A program made the translations under genes and the position numbers. Source: Treponema sp. (lineage in GTDB: Bacteria; Spirochaetota; Spirochaetia; Treponematales; Treponemataceae). From it: DNA of 64,000 nt. The stretch covers positions 713-64,712 of the forward strand of contig JAEDJS010000003.1 of NCBI GenBank assembly GCA_016296205.1. Direction: 5' to 3'. Positions within the stretch are counted from its first letter, which is position 1. The number at the start of each line of letters is the position of its first letter. The notes under the pieces are model-generated. The model made no database searches and had not been told where the DNA came from. It was given only the letters and a program-made list of their open reading frames with translations. Below, in pieces: positions 29,587-38,912 of the stretch.

Positions 29587-30451
29587 ACCAGAGATTGTGG
29601 TCAACATTAAAACGTTTAATTCCTTTTACTTTTCCCCGGTCACTGTACTGCCAGAAAATAAAATTGTATGGTGTCTGGGGAAATTCACTATAGTCTGCAT
29701 ACCAGATTGGAATGTTGGCATCCTGGAACTGTTTTAAGTCAAAGTAAACGTGTTCAAAATAAATGTTGGAATAAATCATTGGATTAAAGCCAGCTTCCCG
29801 GATTTTTTCGCAGAATAAAAGTGCATTTCTAGTCCAAACTTCTGGTGGCAGATTATCAGTGCGGGCAGGTTCAATTCCAATTAATTCAGGGTCATAACTT
29901 ACAGGTAAATCTAAGTCTTCCGGTTTTAAATTGTCGATTATAAATTGAGCTTCTTCCAATGCTTCTTCATCATTTAATGCCTGGCTAAAAATATAAACTC
30001 CAACTTTTAATCCAGCTGCTTTGGCGTCTGCAAAAAATTCATCAAATTTTTCGTCTTTAACCAAAAGTCCTGTGTTGCCATATCGTCTGTATGCGATTCT
30101 CAAAATTACAAAATCAAAACCGTCTTTTTTTACTTTTTTAAAATTCACTTTTTTTTCGTGGCGGCTTACATCAATCCCGTGAAGAATTTTGTAATTTGGA
30201 TCATCATAGGTGTAACGGTAATTTTTTCTGTGAAGCTTTGAAATATCAAAATTGTGTTTTTCCCATTGGTGATTGATTTTCATTGCCGGGTTGCTTGACC
30301 ATCCGGAATCGTAAATGAGGTATTCTTCGTCGTTGATTTTTACATTTAGTGGAAGTTGACTTTTGCAAATGTGTTCACTTGTTTTACAGGAAAAATTTAA
30401 AATTGTGATTAAAACTAATGTTAATTTAAAAATTGGATTCCCTTTGTTCAT
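29573..30451 (-). CDS. GH25 lysozyme/muramidase lipoprotein
   Basis: NFSC lipobox, GIDVSRH, GVYIFS, DPE (DxE), WQYS. Confidence 0.88.
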   Translation of the reverse strand: MNKGNPIFKLTLVLITILNFSCKTSEHICKSQLPLNVKINDEEYLIYDSGWSSNPAMKINHQWEKHNFDISKLHRKNYRYTYDDPNYKILHGIDVSRHEKKVNFKKVKKDGFDFVILRIAYRRYGNTGLLVKDEKFDEFFADAKAAGLKVGVYIFSQALNDEEALEEAQFIIDNLKPEDLDLPVSYDPELIGIEPARTDNLPPEVWTRNALLFCEKIREAGFNPMIYSNIYFEHVYFDLKQFQDANIPIWYADYSEFPQTPYNFIFWQYSDRGKVKGIKRFNVDHNLWFIPL

Positions 30452-30520
30452 AAAAAAATTATAAATGTACTTTCAAAAAAATTCAATTCGATGTAAAATG
30501 GTTTTAAATTTGGAGGAAAA

Positions 30521-31264
30521 ATGGGTAAGGTATTTAAGCTGGAAAGTTTTGGAAGCGTAGACGGACCTGGTGTAAGATTCATTATATTTTTTAGTGGATG
30601 CCCATTGCGTTGTTTGTATTGTCACAATCCCGACAGCTGGAATTTATCGGATGGCCAGGAGTATACAGCGGACCAGCTTTTGGATGAAGCAGAAATGTGC
30701 CGTGAATATTGGGGCAAAAAAGGTGGAATTACAGTAAGCGGCGGTGAACCACTTTTCCAGATTGATTTTTTACTTGAACTGTTTACAAAGGCAAAACAGC
30801 GTGGAATAAATACTTGTATTGATACTAGTGGCGCCTGTTTTAAAAGTGAAGGAGAATGGTTCCAGAAATTTCAAAAATTAATGGAAGTAACAGACACACT
30901 TTTGATGGACATTAAGCATATTGATGAACAAGAGCACATTAAACTTACAGGGTTGACTGGAAAAAATATTATTCAAATGTTCCGCTATCTTGATGAAATC
31001 AACAAACCAATCTGGATTCGGCATGTTCTGGTACCTGGAATCACTGACAACGACGAATATTTAATTAAGACAAGAGATTTTATCAGAACTTTGAGTAACG
31101 TGCAGAGGGTTGAGATTTTACCCTATCATGGGCTTGGAGCAATTAAATATAAAGAGCTGGGAATAGAATATGTTCTTGATAAAACAGAAATGCCAACTGC
31201 AGAACGGTTGGAAAATGCCCGGACAATTCTTGAATGCAGCAAATATGATGGATGGAAAAAATGA
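30521..31264 (+). CDS. pflA: Pyruvate formate-lyase activating enzyme (radical SAM)
   Basis: DGPGVR, GCPLRCLYCHNP, SGGEP, LPYH. Confidence 0.95.
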   Translation: MGKVFKLESFGSVDGPGVRFIIFFSGCPLRCLYCHNPDSWNLSDGQEYTADQLLDEAEMCREYWGKKGGITVSGGEPLFQIDFLLELFTKAKQRGINTCIDTSGACFKSEGEWFQKFQKLMEVTDTLLMDIKHIDEQEHIKLTGLTGKNIIQMFRYLDEINKPIWIRHVLVPGITDNDEYLIKTRDFIRTLSNVQRVEILPYHGLGAIKYKELGIEYVLDKTEMPTAERLENARTILECSKYDGWKK

Positions 31265-31617
31265 AAGTAGCAGTAACTTATAATAAAGAAGATGGAACAG
31301 TATTCCAGCATTTTGGACATACAGAAAACTTTAAAGTGTACGAAATTTCTAATGGTGAAATTTTAAATAGTGAAGTTGTAGGTAACGGCGGATTTGGTCA
31401 TCATGATTTGCCGGGATATTTAAAATCACTTGGGGTAGAAACTTTACTTTTGGGAAACAGAGGCCAGGGTGCTGTAAATGCGTTAACTGCCGCTGGTCTT
31501 AAAGAAGTACCGGGTTGTGTTGGAAATGCCGACAAGGTAGTAGAAAACTGGCTCAAAGGGACTTTGTTAAGAAACCCAAACCCAATGTGCCAGCATAAAC
31601 ACGAACATAAAGATTAG
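31261..31617 (+). CDS. NifB/NifX (dinitrogenase FeMo-cofactor-binding) family protein
   Basis: MKVAV...VFQHFGH; His-rich C-terminus; ATGA overlap with pflA. Confidence 0.8.
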   Translation: MKVAVTYNKEDGTVFQHFGHTENFKVYEISNGEILNSEVVGNGGFGHHDLPGYLKSLGVETLLLGNRGQGAVNALTAAGLKEVPGCVGNADKVVENWLKGTLLRNPNPMCQHKHEHKD

Positions 31618-32114
31618 CGCAAAGATTCTGCTGCTTCTTTTGTTGATTTTTTCCAGAACTGGCTGCGGCCAATGCCTGCACCAATTTCGCCTCTCATTTC
31701 AAGAGTATCAACTGTGTATTTTTTGCCGTCTTTTGCGTGGTAAGTAATTTTACATTTGTATTTTGAACCTGAACCTGGATCGATGATACTTCCTTTTGAC
31801 CATTTTCCTTCTTTTTCTTTAGAAAGGCCATAAATCCAGCGGCTGCCAACCATTGTTACATCTTTAAGATCGGCACCATTTGCAAATTCAGCATATTTTT
31901 TACCAGCACCACCTGTTGCTTTGTTTGACTGATCCTGTCCTGCAAGAGCAACGATTTTACCGTAAAGTAAACCATCCTGCTGATAGATATTCCATGCAGC
32001 AGTAGCTTCATTTGTTTTTTCATCAATACTAATCCAGTATCCTTCAACTGGATCTGCAAAAGCAAAACCTGCTGCAACGAGCAGTGTGCTTATTAAAACT
32101 AATAATTTTTTCAT
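31614..32114 (-). CDS. DUF2147 family exported protein
   Basis: Signal peptide, DPVEGYW, GSIIDPGSG.KY.CKI, GRSQFW. Confidence 0.8.
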   Translation of the reverse strand: MKKLLVLISTLLVAAGFAFADPVEGYWISIDEKTNEATAAWNIYQQDGLLYGKIVALAGQDQSNKATGGAGKKYAEFANGADLKDVTMVGSRWIYGLSKEKEGKWSKGSIIDPGSGSKYKCKITYHAKDGKKYTVDTLEMRGEIGAGIGRSQFWKKSTKEAAESLR

Positions 32115-32272
32115 TTTAATTCTCCTCTTTAAAGAAAAAATTGTATTTATAGTTAGATATTAGCACATTTATGAAAATTTGCAACAAAAAGTTTAAAATG
32201 CCTAAATTATTCAAGGCATTGGCTGTGTTCAAAACTGTGCCTGTGTAATTGATTCAAACGTAATAAGTGATA

Positions 32273-33235
32273 TTAGATTTCATCTAAGTTGATTTTATAA
32301 ATGCTGGAGCAATTGTGGCATTGAACTTCGATGAATTTTTCTCCGTTGTTTTTGATTGAATCAATTTCACTTTTTGGTAAAGTTTTAATGTATTTGAGAT
32401 AATGTTCTTTGTTGCATGGACAGTCGAATGTAATGTCCCTTCTAACTGCAATTGTTGGTTTAAATTCACGGAACATTCCATTAATCAAATTATCCAGTCC
32501 GTTTCCTTCTGCAAACCATCCGCCTAGACTTGGAACTGCATTTAAAGCCATTTCTGCCCGCTGCAAAAGTTCTTCATCATCTTTCCAATCAGAACTGCTT
32601 GAAACTTCTGCGCCAATTTTTTTTGTTCCCCCAGTTTCTGGCATTACCTGGAGAAAAATTCCGCCTGCACCAATAACCCGGCCCATATTATCCATCTGAA
32701 TGCTTGTAGAAAAACCTGTGTTAATCTGTTGGCTCATAGAAAAATAAGTTGCAAGATCCATCGCAATATTTTTGTCGTGAACATCAACGCTGCTGCTAAA
32801 TGGCTGTTTATCGTTTTCCTGCATTCTCTGCATTGTAATAATTCCGTCGCCCAAGAAGGGAGCCATGTTCCAGTTTTCTAGAGGCTTATCAATTGGAATA
32901 TGGTTGGTAGTTAAAAACCCGTGGACTGTTCCGGCACTGTCTGCTTCGATCATAAATCCTTTGGCCGGACCGTTAACCTCGTACTTCCATAAAACTTTTT
33001 CTCTTCCTTTCATCATAGGGATTAACAGTGCACCACAAAGCATTCCCTGACCAAGAATGTATGTTTCAAGAATTCCGGTATTATGTTGAGCCTTCATCTG
33101 ATTAATAAAATGAGTTCCGTTAAAAAGTGCTCCACGAATGCGGCCATCAGCCATAACAAAAACTGCCATTTCATCTTTGGCAACATTATTCAATTTTTCC
33201 CGTAATTCTTTATCAATAATATCTGCTTTAATCAT
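32273..33235 (-). CDS. hslO: Hsp33 redox-regulated chaperone
   Basis: YFSMSQQ, AGGIFLQVMP, C-terminal CPC...CHNC zinc motif. Confidence 0.88.
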   Translation of the reverse strand: MIKADIIDKELREKLNNVAKDEMAVFVMADGRIRGALFNGTHFINQMKAQHNTGILETYILGQGMLCGALLIPMMKGREKVLWKYEVNGPAKGFMIEADSAGTVHGFLTTNHIPIDKPLENWNMAPFLGDGIITMQRMQENDKQPFSSSVDVHDKNIAMDLATYFSMSQQINTGFSTSIQMDNMGRVIGAGGIFLQVMPETGGTKKIGAEVSSSSDWKDDEELLQRAEMALNAVPSLGGWFAEGNGLDNLINGMFREFKPTIAVRRDITFDCPCNKEHYLKYIKTLPKSEIDSIKNNGEKFIEVQCHNCSSIYKINLDEI

Positions 33236-33382
33236 GCTTCTAATTTACAATTTTTTTTGCGTAAATTCAATTGTAATGGATTGTAATAAAATTGAAGAAA
33301 TTGAACTTATATTGAAGAAAATTTTAAAATCGACTATAGTAGAATAATATTATAAAAATAATATTAAAAATTGGAGTAAAAA

Positions 33383-34963
33383 ATGACTACACAGACAGTT
33401 GCATTTATTATTGCATTTGCTTTGTACTTGGCATTCATGGTTGTAATTGGACTTGGAAGTGCAAAGAAAAATAATAACGTAAAGGACTACTTCCTTGGTG
33501 GACGTAAAATGGGTCCTTGGGTTACAGCTCTTAGTGCAGAAGCTTCAGACAGTTCTGCATGGCTTTTAATGGGACTCCCTGGTCTTTGCTACCTTGGTGG
33601 AATTAAGGAAACATTCTGGACAGCTTTGGGTCTTATTGCTGGTACATACCTTAACTGGTTGATTATTGCAAAACCATTGCGCAAGTGTTCAATTTCTTTT
33701 GGTGATTCAATCACAATCCCTGAATTCTTTGCAAAACGTTTTAATGATAAGAAACACATTCTTACAATCGTAAGTGTTCTGCCAATCGTAGTATTCTTTA
33801 CAATTTATACAGCATCAGGTTTTGTTGCCTGTGGAAAACTTTTTGAATCAGTATTTGGCATTCCATATATGGGCGGTTTGTGCATTGGTTTGATTGTAAT
33901 TCTTACTTACACAATTACTGGTGGTTATAGAGCAGTTTGTACAACAGACTTCGTTCAGGGTGTGTTGATTTTTGTTGCATTTGTTGTAAGTTCAATTGTA
34001 ATGATTGCTGTTCTTGGAAAGGTTTCTAATGCCTGTGATTATGGATTCCTTTCTACAATGATTAAGGATCAGATTGCAAACGCCGCAAAGAGTGCAAAAG
34101 AATTTAATATTGCAGCAATTGCCGGAGAATTTGGAACAGAACTTCAGGAAAAATTTACAGCAAATCAGTCATTTGGTGTGATGAGCGCAATCAGTGCATT
34201 GAGCTGGGCATTAGGTTATTTTGGTATGCCACACATTATTGTTCGTTTTATGGGTATTCGTTCTAACAAAGAAATTGGTCGGGCCCGCAGAGTTGGTATG
34301 TCATGGATGTTGATTTCTTACATTGGAACATTTATTCTTGGTTCATTGGGAACAGTTTATCTCAAAAACAGAGGAATCATTCTGAACGGAAACACTTGTG
34401 AAACAGTATTTGCAGAAACAATGAAACTTATGTATCCTGGATTTATTGCTGGTATTTTCCTTTGTGCAATTCTGGCAGCTTCAATGAGTACAGCAGACAG
34501 TCAGTTGTTAAGTGCAGCCAGCGCAGTAAGTAATGATATTTACAAAGGAATCATCAATAAAAAAGCTAGCGAAAAGAAAGTTCTTTTGATTAGCCGTGTA
34601 ACTGTTCTTGTAATTGCTGCAGTTGCATTTATTCTCTGTCTTTTGCCAAACAATAAATCAATCATGGGACTGGTAAGTTATGCATGGGCAGGATTTGGCG
34701 CTTGTTTTGGTCCGATTATTATTCTTGCATTGTTCTGGAAACGTTGTACAAAAGAAGGTGCAATAGCTGGTATTATTGGTGGATTTATCACTGTAGTTGT
34801 ATGGCACAATCTTAAAGGCGGCATCTTCAACATGTATGAAATTCTTCCTGGATTTATTGTATGTCTTCTTCTTGCAATTGTTGTTAGCCTCTTTACAAAG
34901 AAAGATGAAGAAATTGAAGCTCAGTTTGATAAATTTAAAGCAATGAAAGATTCAGAAAACTAA
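33383..34963 (+). CDS. putP: Sodium/proline symporter (SSS family)
   Basis: YFLGGR, ALSAEASD, LGYFGMPH, AASMSTADSQLL, AWAGFG. Confidence 0.88.
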   Translation: MTTQTVAFIIAFALYLAFMVVIGLGSAKKNNNVKDYFLGGRKMGPWVTALSAEASDSSAWLLMGLPGLCYLGGIKETFWTALGLIAGTYLNWLIIAKPLRKCSISFGDSITIPEFFAKRFNDKKHILTIVSVLPIVVFFTIYTASGFVACGKLFESVFGIPYMGGLCIGLIVILTYTITGGYRAVCTTDFVQGVLIFVAFVVSSIVMIAVLGKVSNACDYGFLSTMIKDQIANAAKSAKEFNIAAIAGEFGTELQEKFTANQSFGVMSAISALSWALGYFGMPHIIVRFMGIRSNKEIGRARRVGMSWMLISYIGTFILGSLGTVYLKNRGIILNGNTCETVFAETMKLMYPGFIAGIFLCAILAASMSTADSQLLSAASAVSNDIYKGIINKKASEKKVLLISRVTVLVIAAVAFILCLLPNNKSIMGLVSYAWAGFGACFGPIIILALFWKRCTKEGAIAGIIGGFITVVVWHNLKGGIFNMYEILPGFIVCLLLAIVVSLFTKKDEEIEAQFDKFKAMKDSEN

Positions 34964-35066
34964 TTTGTTTTTAGGCAGATAAGTTGAATCAAAACCGGTT
35001 GTTTGATTATTGCAACAAGTGTAAGTGGCCGGTATATAAATTTAATTGAAAAAGCGCAAAAAAGTA

Positions 35067-35199
35067 TCAGAATTAAAAAACGGAGCCCAGGTTCGGCAGG
35101 CATTTACGCTTGAGCCGAGGGGAGCAAAGCGACCAACTCCCACTTCCGGCTCACTTGCGGAAATGACAGACGGTTCTGGGCGGGAGTGTTTAATTCTGA
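35067..35199 (+). ncRNA. Candidate structured ncRNA, compact 6S-like
   Basis: Nested pairings TCAGAATTAAA/TTTAATTCTGA, GCCCAG/CTGGGC, CATTTACGC/GCGGAAATG, TGAGCCG/CGGCTCA, GGGAG/CTCCC; GC-rich island in an AT-rich spacer; terminator downstream. Confidence 0.55.
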
Positions 35200-35231
35200 A
35201 TTTTGCAAATATTACTAAAGAGCAAAGAAAT

Positions 35232-35275
35232 AACCGGCCACAATTCTTGCAATAAGTAGAAGTGGCCGGTTTTTT
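35232..35275 (+). terminator. Intrinsic terminator
   Basis: AACCGGCCAC...GTGGCCGGTT followed by a T run. Confidence 0.75.
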
Positions 35276-35306
35276 ATTTTAAATATTGTAAAAAATAAAA
35301 TATATA

Positions 35307-35362
35307 TTGACAAATAATATTATTCGCTATATATTATAGTTAATGCTACAATATTGTAGCAT
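35307..35362 (+). promoter_or_regulatory. Sigma70 promoter with perfect 20-bp palindromic operator (probable PadR site)
   Basis: TTGACA-17-TATATT, then ATGCTACAATATTGTAGCAT at 35343-35362. Confidence 0.75.
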
Positions 35363-35383
35363 AAAATTAACAGGAGGAACCAG

Positions 35384-35707
35384 ATGATTTTTAATTCAGG
35401 AACTGGAGTTCTTGATGCAGTAGTTTTATCGGTTGTCTCTATAGAAAAAGATGGAACTTACGGCTATAAAATCACTCAGGATGTCCGTGAACTGATTGAA
35501 GTTTCCGAAAGCTCATTGTATCCGGTTTTACGCAGACTGCAGACAGGCAATTATTTGGAAACTTACGACCAGGAATACAACGGCCGCAACAGAAGATATT
35601 ATAAAATCACTGATGACGGAAAAAAACTTCTTGAGTCTTATAAAGAAGAATGGCTTGAATACAGAAAAATAATGAATAAAATTCTACTTGGGGGAGAAAA
35701 TGACTAG
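35384..35707 (+). CDS. PadR family transcriptional regulator
   Basis: YGYKI, SLYPVLRRL, GRNRRYYKITDDG. Confidence 0.93.
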   Translation: MIFNSGTGVLDAVVLSVVSIEKDGTYGYKITQDVRELIEVSESSLYPVLRRLQTGNYLETYDQEYNGRNRRYYKITDDGKKLLESYKEEWLEYRKIMNKILLGGEND

Positions 35708-36593
35708 GCAGGAATACTTTAATCGGTTGAAAGAACAGTTAAAAACTCTTCCGGTAAATGAACAGGAAGAAGCCCTGGAATATTACCGTGGATTTTTTGA
35801 TGATGCTGGCGATGATCAGAAAGCAATGGATGAATTGGGTTCTCCAGAAGATCTGGCAAAAGAAATCAATTCAAAGTTTGCAGGCGTACCTCAGAAAGCA
35901 GAAAAGAACGAAAACTGTGAAGGTAAAACAAATTCCTATCCAAAAGATTCAATTCGTGCAGTTGATATTAACGTTGGAGGTGCAGAAGTAGTATTAGTTG
36001 AAGGTGAAGATTATCGAGTTGATTACCGCAACCTTGAAGCAGAAGATTTAAGAGTAAGTGTAAGTCCTTTTGGAACATTCACTGTGGAAAATTCAACAAA
36101 ACTAAAAAATTTTGCTTTTAAGAAACATGGAACTGATAAAAATCCAATTGGCGTTACTTACCCAAGAATTCTGATTCGCATTCCAAACAATGTAAATTTG
36201 GATTTGATTAGAATCAGGGTTGCTGCTGGAAAATTAAAGATTAAGGAATTGAATCTTAAAAGTGCCAGAACATATCTTGATGTTGGAGCCGGTCAGCTTG
36301 AAGCAGGAAAAATCTTTGGTGGAACAGTTGATCTTCGCTGTGGAATGGGAAACCTGATTTTTAATGGAACCATAACAGGATTATCAAAAGTGGACTGCGG
36401 AATGGGTAACATCAAAATGAACCTTGAAGGCAATCCAGAGGATTACAGCTTTGGCGTAAAAGTGGGACTTGGTAGTGTAAAATTCAATGATATAAAAAAG
36501 AGTGGAATAGAAAACTACATAAATGAAAATAAAAAAGACAATCATTTTAGTATTAATTGCGGAATGGGAAATGTTGACATTTTGATTAAATAG
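35700..36593 (+). CDS. DUF1700 (HAAS-like) plus DUF4097 beta-repeat protein
   Basis: MTRQEYF..L...L..LP..E..EALEYY...LGSP N-domain; repeated (V/C)GxG beta-strand units. Confidence 0.75.
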   Translation: MTRQEYFNRLKEQLKTLPVNEQEEALEYYRGFFDDAGDDQKAMDELGSPEDLAKEINSKFAGVPQKAEKNENCEGKTNSYPKDSIRAVDINVGGAEVVLVEGEDYRVDYRNLEAEDLRVSVSPFGTFTVENSTKLKNFAFKKHGTDKNPIGVTYPRILIRIPNNVNLDLIRIRVAAGKLKIKELNLKSARTYLDVGAGQLEAGKIFGGTVDLRCGMGNLIFNGTITGLSKVDCGMGNIKMNLEGNPEDYSFGVKVGLGSVKFNDIKKSGIENYINENKKDNHFSINCGMGNVDILIK

Positions 36594-36611
36594 AAAGAGG
36601 AGAATAGACTT

Positions 36612-36923
36612 ATGGGAAAAAGATTTTACAAATCAAATAATAAAATGCTGGCAGGTGTATGTGGTGGTTTTGCAGAATATTTTAAAATTGACCCAACAAT
36701 TGTACGCATCGGCTGGGTTGTAATTTCTTTGCTGACTGGAATCTGGGTTGGTGCTATTGCATACGTAGCTTGCGGAATAATTATTCCAAACAGACCAAGC
36801 AGTGAAGAAGGCTGGGATGAAAATTTAAAATCTGCCAATGATTATTCATCAGCGGAAGATAAAGAATTTAACAGCCATTTTGAAGAAGATGCAAAAAAAG
36901 TAAAGAAAGAAAATAAGGATTAA
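36612..36923 (+). CDS. PspC domain protein
   Basis: KMLAGVCGGFAEYFKIDPTIVRI. Confidence 0.9.
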   Translation: MGKRFYKSNNKMLAGVCGGFAEYFKIDPTIVRIGWVVISLLTGIWVGAIAYVACGIIIPNRPSSEEGWDENLKSANDYSSAEDKEFNSHFEEDAKKVKKENKD

Positions 36924-36935
36924 AATTCAACTTGT

Positions 36936-36965
36936 AAGGGTTCCCCAAAATGGAGCCCTTTTTTT
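36936..36965 (+). terminator. Intrinsic terminator
   Basis: AAGGGTTCC-loop-GGAGCCCTT followed by a T run. Confidence 0.8.
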
Positions 36966-36971
36966 GGTTAA

Positions 36972-37026
36972 TATAATTTATCAATTATTATAATTTATCA
37001 ATTATTATAATTTATCAATTATTATA
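36972..37026. repeat. 17-bp perfect tandem repeat, 3.2 copies
   Basis: (TATAATTTATCAATTAT)x3 plus TATA. Confidence 0.95.
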
Positions 37027-37063
37027 CTTTGCCAATAAGTGATAAATTTGTTACAATAAAGGC

Positions 37064-38899
37064 ATGAGTAATAATTATCCAAATTGGAATTTAAATACAC
37101 TTCTGCCAGAAATTGGAAGTGACGAATATGAATCACTTATCGGTGAATACAAAAAATCAATCGAAAAGTGTTGGACATTAGTTGATTCAAAAAACCAGAT
37201 TGAATCAAACTTCTGCGAATGGTTAAATCAGTTTTTGCAGGCACAAAACGAACTTTTAAAACTGGAAAATTCTTTAGGTGCCTTCAGTTATATTAATTAT
37301 TCAGTTGACACAACAAACACAAAATATATTAACAACATGAACCGTCTGGAAAAAATGGGATTGGATTCCAGCAGACTGGGAATTGCGTTTAAAAAAATTC
37401 TTTATCAGAATCGTTCACAGTTGAATTTATTTTTTGAAGCTTATACGGATTTTAAAAATTACAAAATTATTTTAGAAGAAGAAATTTTTGAATATGAACA
37501 TCAAATGTCGGAAGCAGAGGAATTGCTGGCTCAGGAAATGCAGCAAACCGGTGGAAATGCATGGAGCCGTTTACATGAGCAGATTATTTCTACACTTGCC
37601 GACGAAACTGGAAAAACTTTCAACGGTTTAAGAAATGATGCATATTCAGAAGATGCACAATTGCGTTTTGAATCATACAAAAAAGAAAAAAGTTTACTGG
37701 CTGCAAATCAAGTTGCATTTGCCGCATGTTTGAATAATTTAAAAGGTGAGACAATCACTTTGTTTCAGAAAAGAAAATATTCAAGTGCTATTGAACGGGC
37801 ATTGGTCAGCAGCAGATTGAGTATGTCAACTTTAAATGCACTTATTGAATCTATAAAAGAAAGCTTACCTATGTGGAGAAAATATCTTCAGATTAAGGCA
37901 AAAATTCTTAGAAAGACAAATTCAACTGTAAGCAAAACTGCCGGAACAGATTCAGAAAAGGGAATTGCCTGGTACGATATGTTTGCTCCACTCACCTTTG
38001 CAGAAAATTCTGAATCCAAAGAAAGTCTGCTTACAAAACAGTGGTCGGTGGAAGATGCAGAAAAGTACATCGTTGCAGAATATAATTCATTTAGCAGTGA
38101 TATGGGAAACTTTGCCCGGAATGCCTTTGAAAAAAACTGGATTGATTTTCCTGTGCACGAAGGAAAAGTTGGTGGCGCTTACGACGAAGATTTTGCATGG
38201 AAACACGAAAGCAGAATCATGACAAATTTTACTGGTTGTTTTAGTGACATTATTACACTTGCCCACGAGTTGGGACACGCATATCACTTTAGCTGCATGA
38301 AAGGAAAAGATGTGTGCTTCTTTAGTTACCCAATGACTTTAGCAGAAACAGCCAGCACATTTGCAGAAACAATTGTAAAACAGGATGCGATTAAAAGTTC
38401 AGAAGGTACAGATAAAATCAAAATTATTGAGCTTGATTTGAGTGATACATGCCAGGTTCTTGTTGATATTTTGAGCCGGTTTATTTTTGAAAGCAATGTA
38501 TTTGAAAATAGAAAAGAAACAGAATTGAATGCAGAAGATTTCTGTAAGTTGATGGCAGAAGCTCAGGAAGAAAGTTATGGCGATGGATTAAACAGTGAAC
38601 GCCATGAATATATGTGGGCAGTTAAAAGCCATTATTACGGAACAGAACTTGATTTCTACAATTTCCCTTATGCTTTTGGACAGTTGTTTGCAGCCGGACT
38701 TTATTCACGGTTCCAAAAAGAAGGAAAAGAATTTGCAGCAACTTACGCAAAGATTTTAAGCCGCACTGGTGAATTGTCTTGCGAGGATTTGTGTAAAGAA
38801 GCCGGATTTGATATTACTAAAAAAGATTTCTGGAAAAGCGGATTAAAAATGTACGAAGAAGAAATTAAAATTCTGGAAGAGTTTGCAAATCAGTTGTAA
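37064..38899 (+). CDS. M3B oligoendopeptidase F family peptidase
   Basis: WID...GKVGGAY, TLAHELGHAYH, LAETASTF, FYNFPYAFG. Confidence 0.9.
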   Translation: MSNNYPNWNLNTLLPEIGSDEYESLIGEYKKSIEKCWTLVDSKNQIESNFCEWLNQFLQAQNELLKLENSLGAFSYINYSVDTTNTKYINNMNRLEKMGLDSSRLGIAFKKILYQNRSQLNLFFEAYTDFKNYKIILEEEIFEYEHQMSEAEELLAQEMQQTGGNAWSRLHEQIISTLADETGKTFNGLRNDAYSEDAQLRFESYKKEKSLLAANQVAFAACLNNLKGETITLFQKRKYSSAIERALVSSRLSMSTLNALIESIKESLPMWRKYLQIKAKILRKTNSTVSKTAGTDSEKGIAWYDMFAPLTFAENSESKESLLTKQWSVEDAEKYIVAEYNSFSSDMGNFARNAFEKNWIDFPVHEGKVGGAYDEDFAWKHESRIMTNFTGCFSDIITLAHELGHAYHFSCMKGKDVCFFSYPMTLAETASTFAETIVKQDAIKSSEGTDKIKIIELDLSDTCQVLVDILSRFIFESNVFENRKETELNAEDFCKLMAEAQEESYGDGLNSERHEYMWAVKSHYYGTELDFYNFPYAFGQLFAAGLYSRFQKEGKEFAATYAKILSRTGELSCEDLCKEAGFDITKKDFWKSGLKMYEEEIKILEEFANQL

Positions 38900-38912
38900 T
38901 TAGGAATTTTAA

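Noticed and set aside
29573..30451. GH25 lysozyme as a prophage endolysin
   Set aside because: It has a lipoprotein signal and no holin or phage genes nearby; more likely a host cell-wall enzyme.
35046..35255. 69-aa ORF across the structured RNA candidate
   Set aside because: TTG start coincides with a -35-like box, there is no SD, and the sequence is better explained by base pairing.
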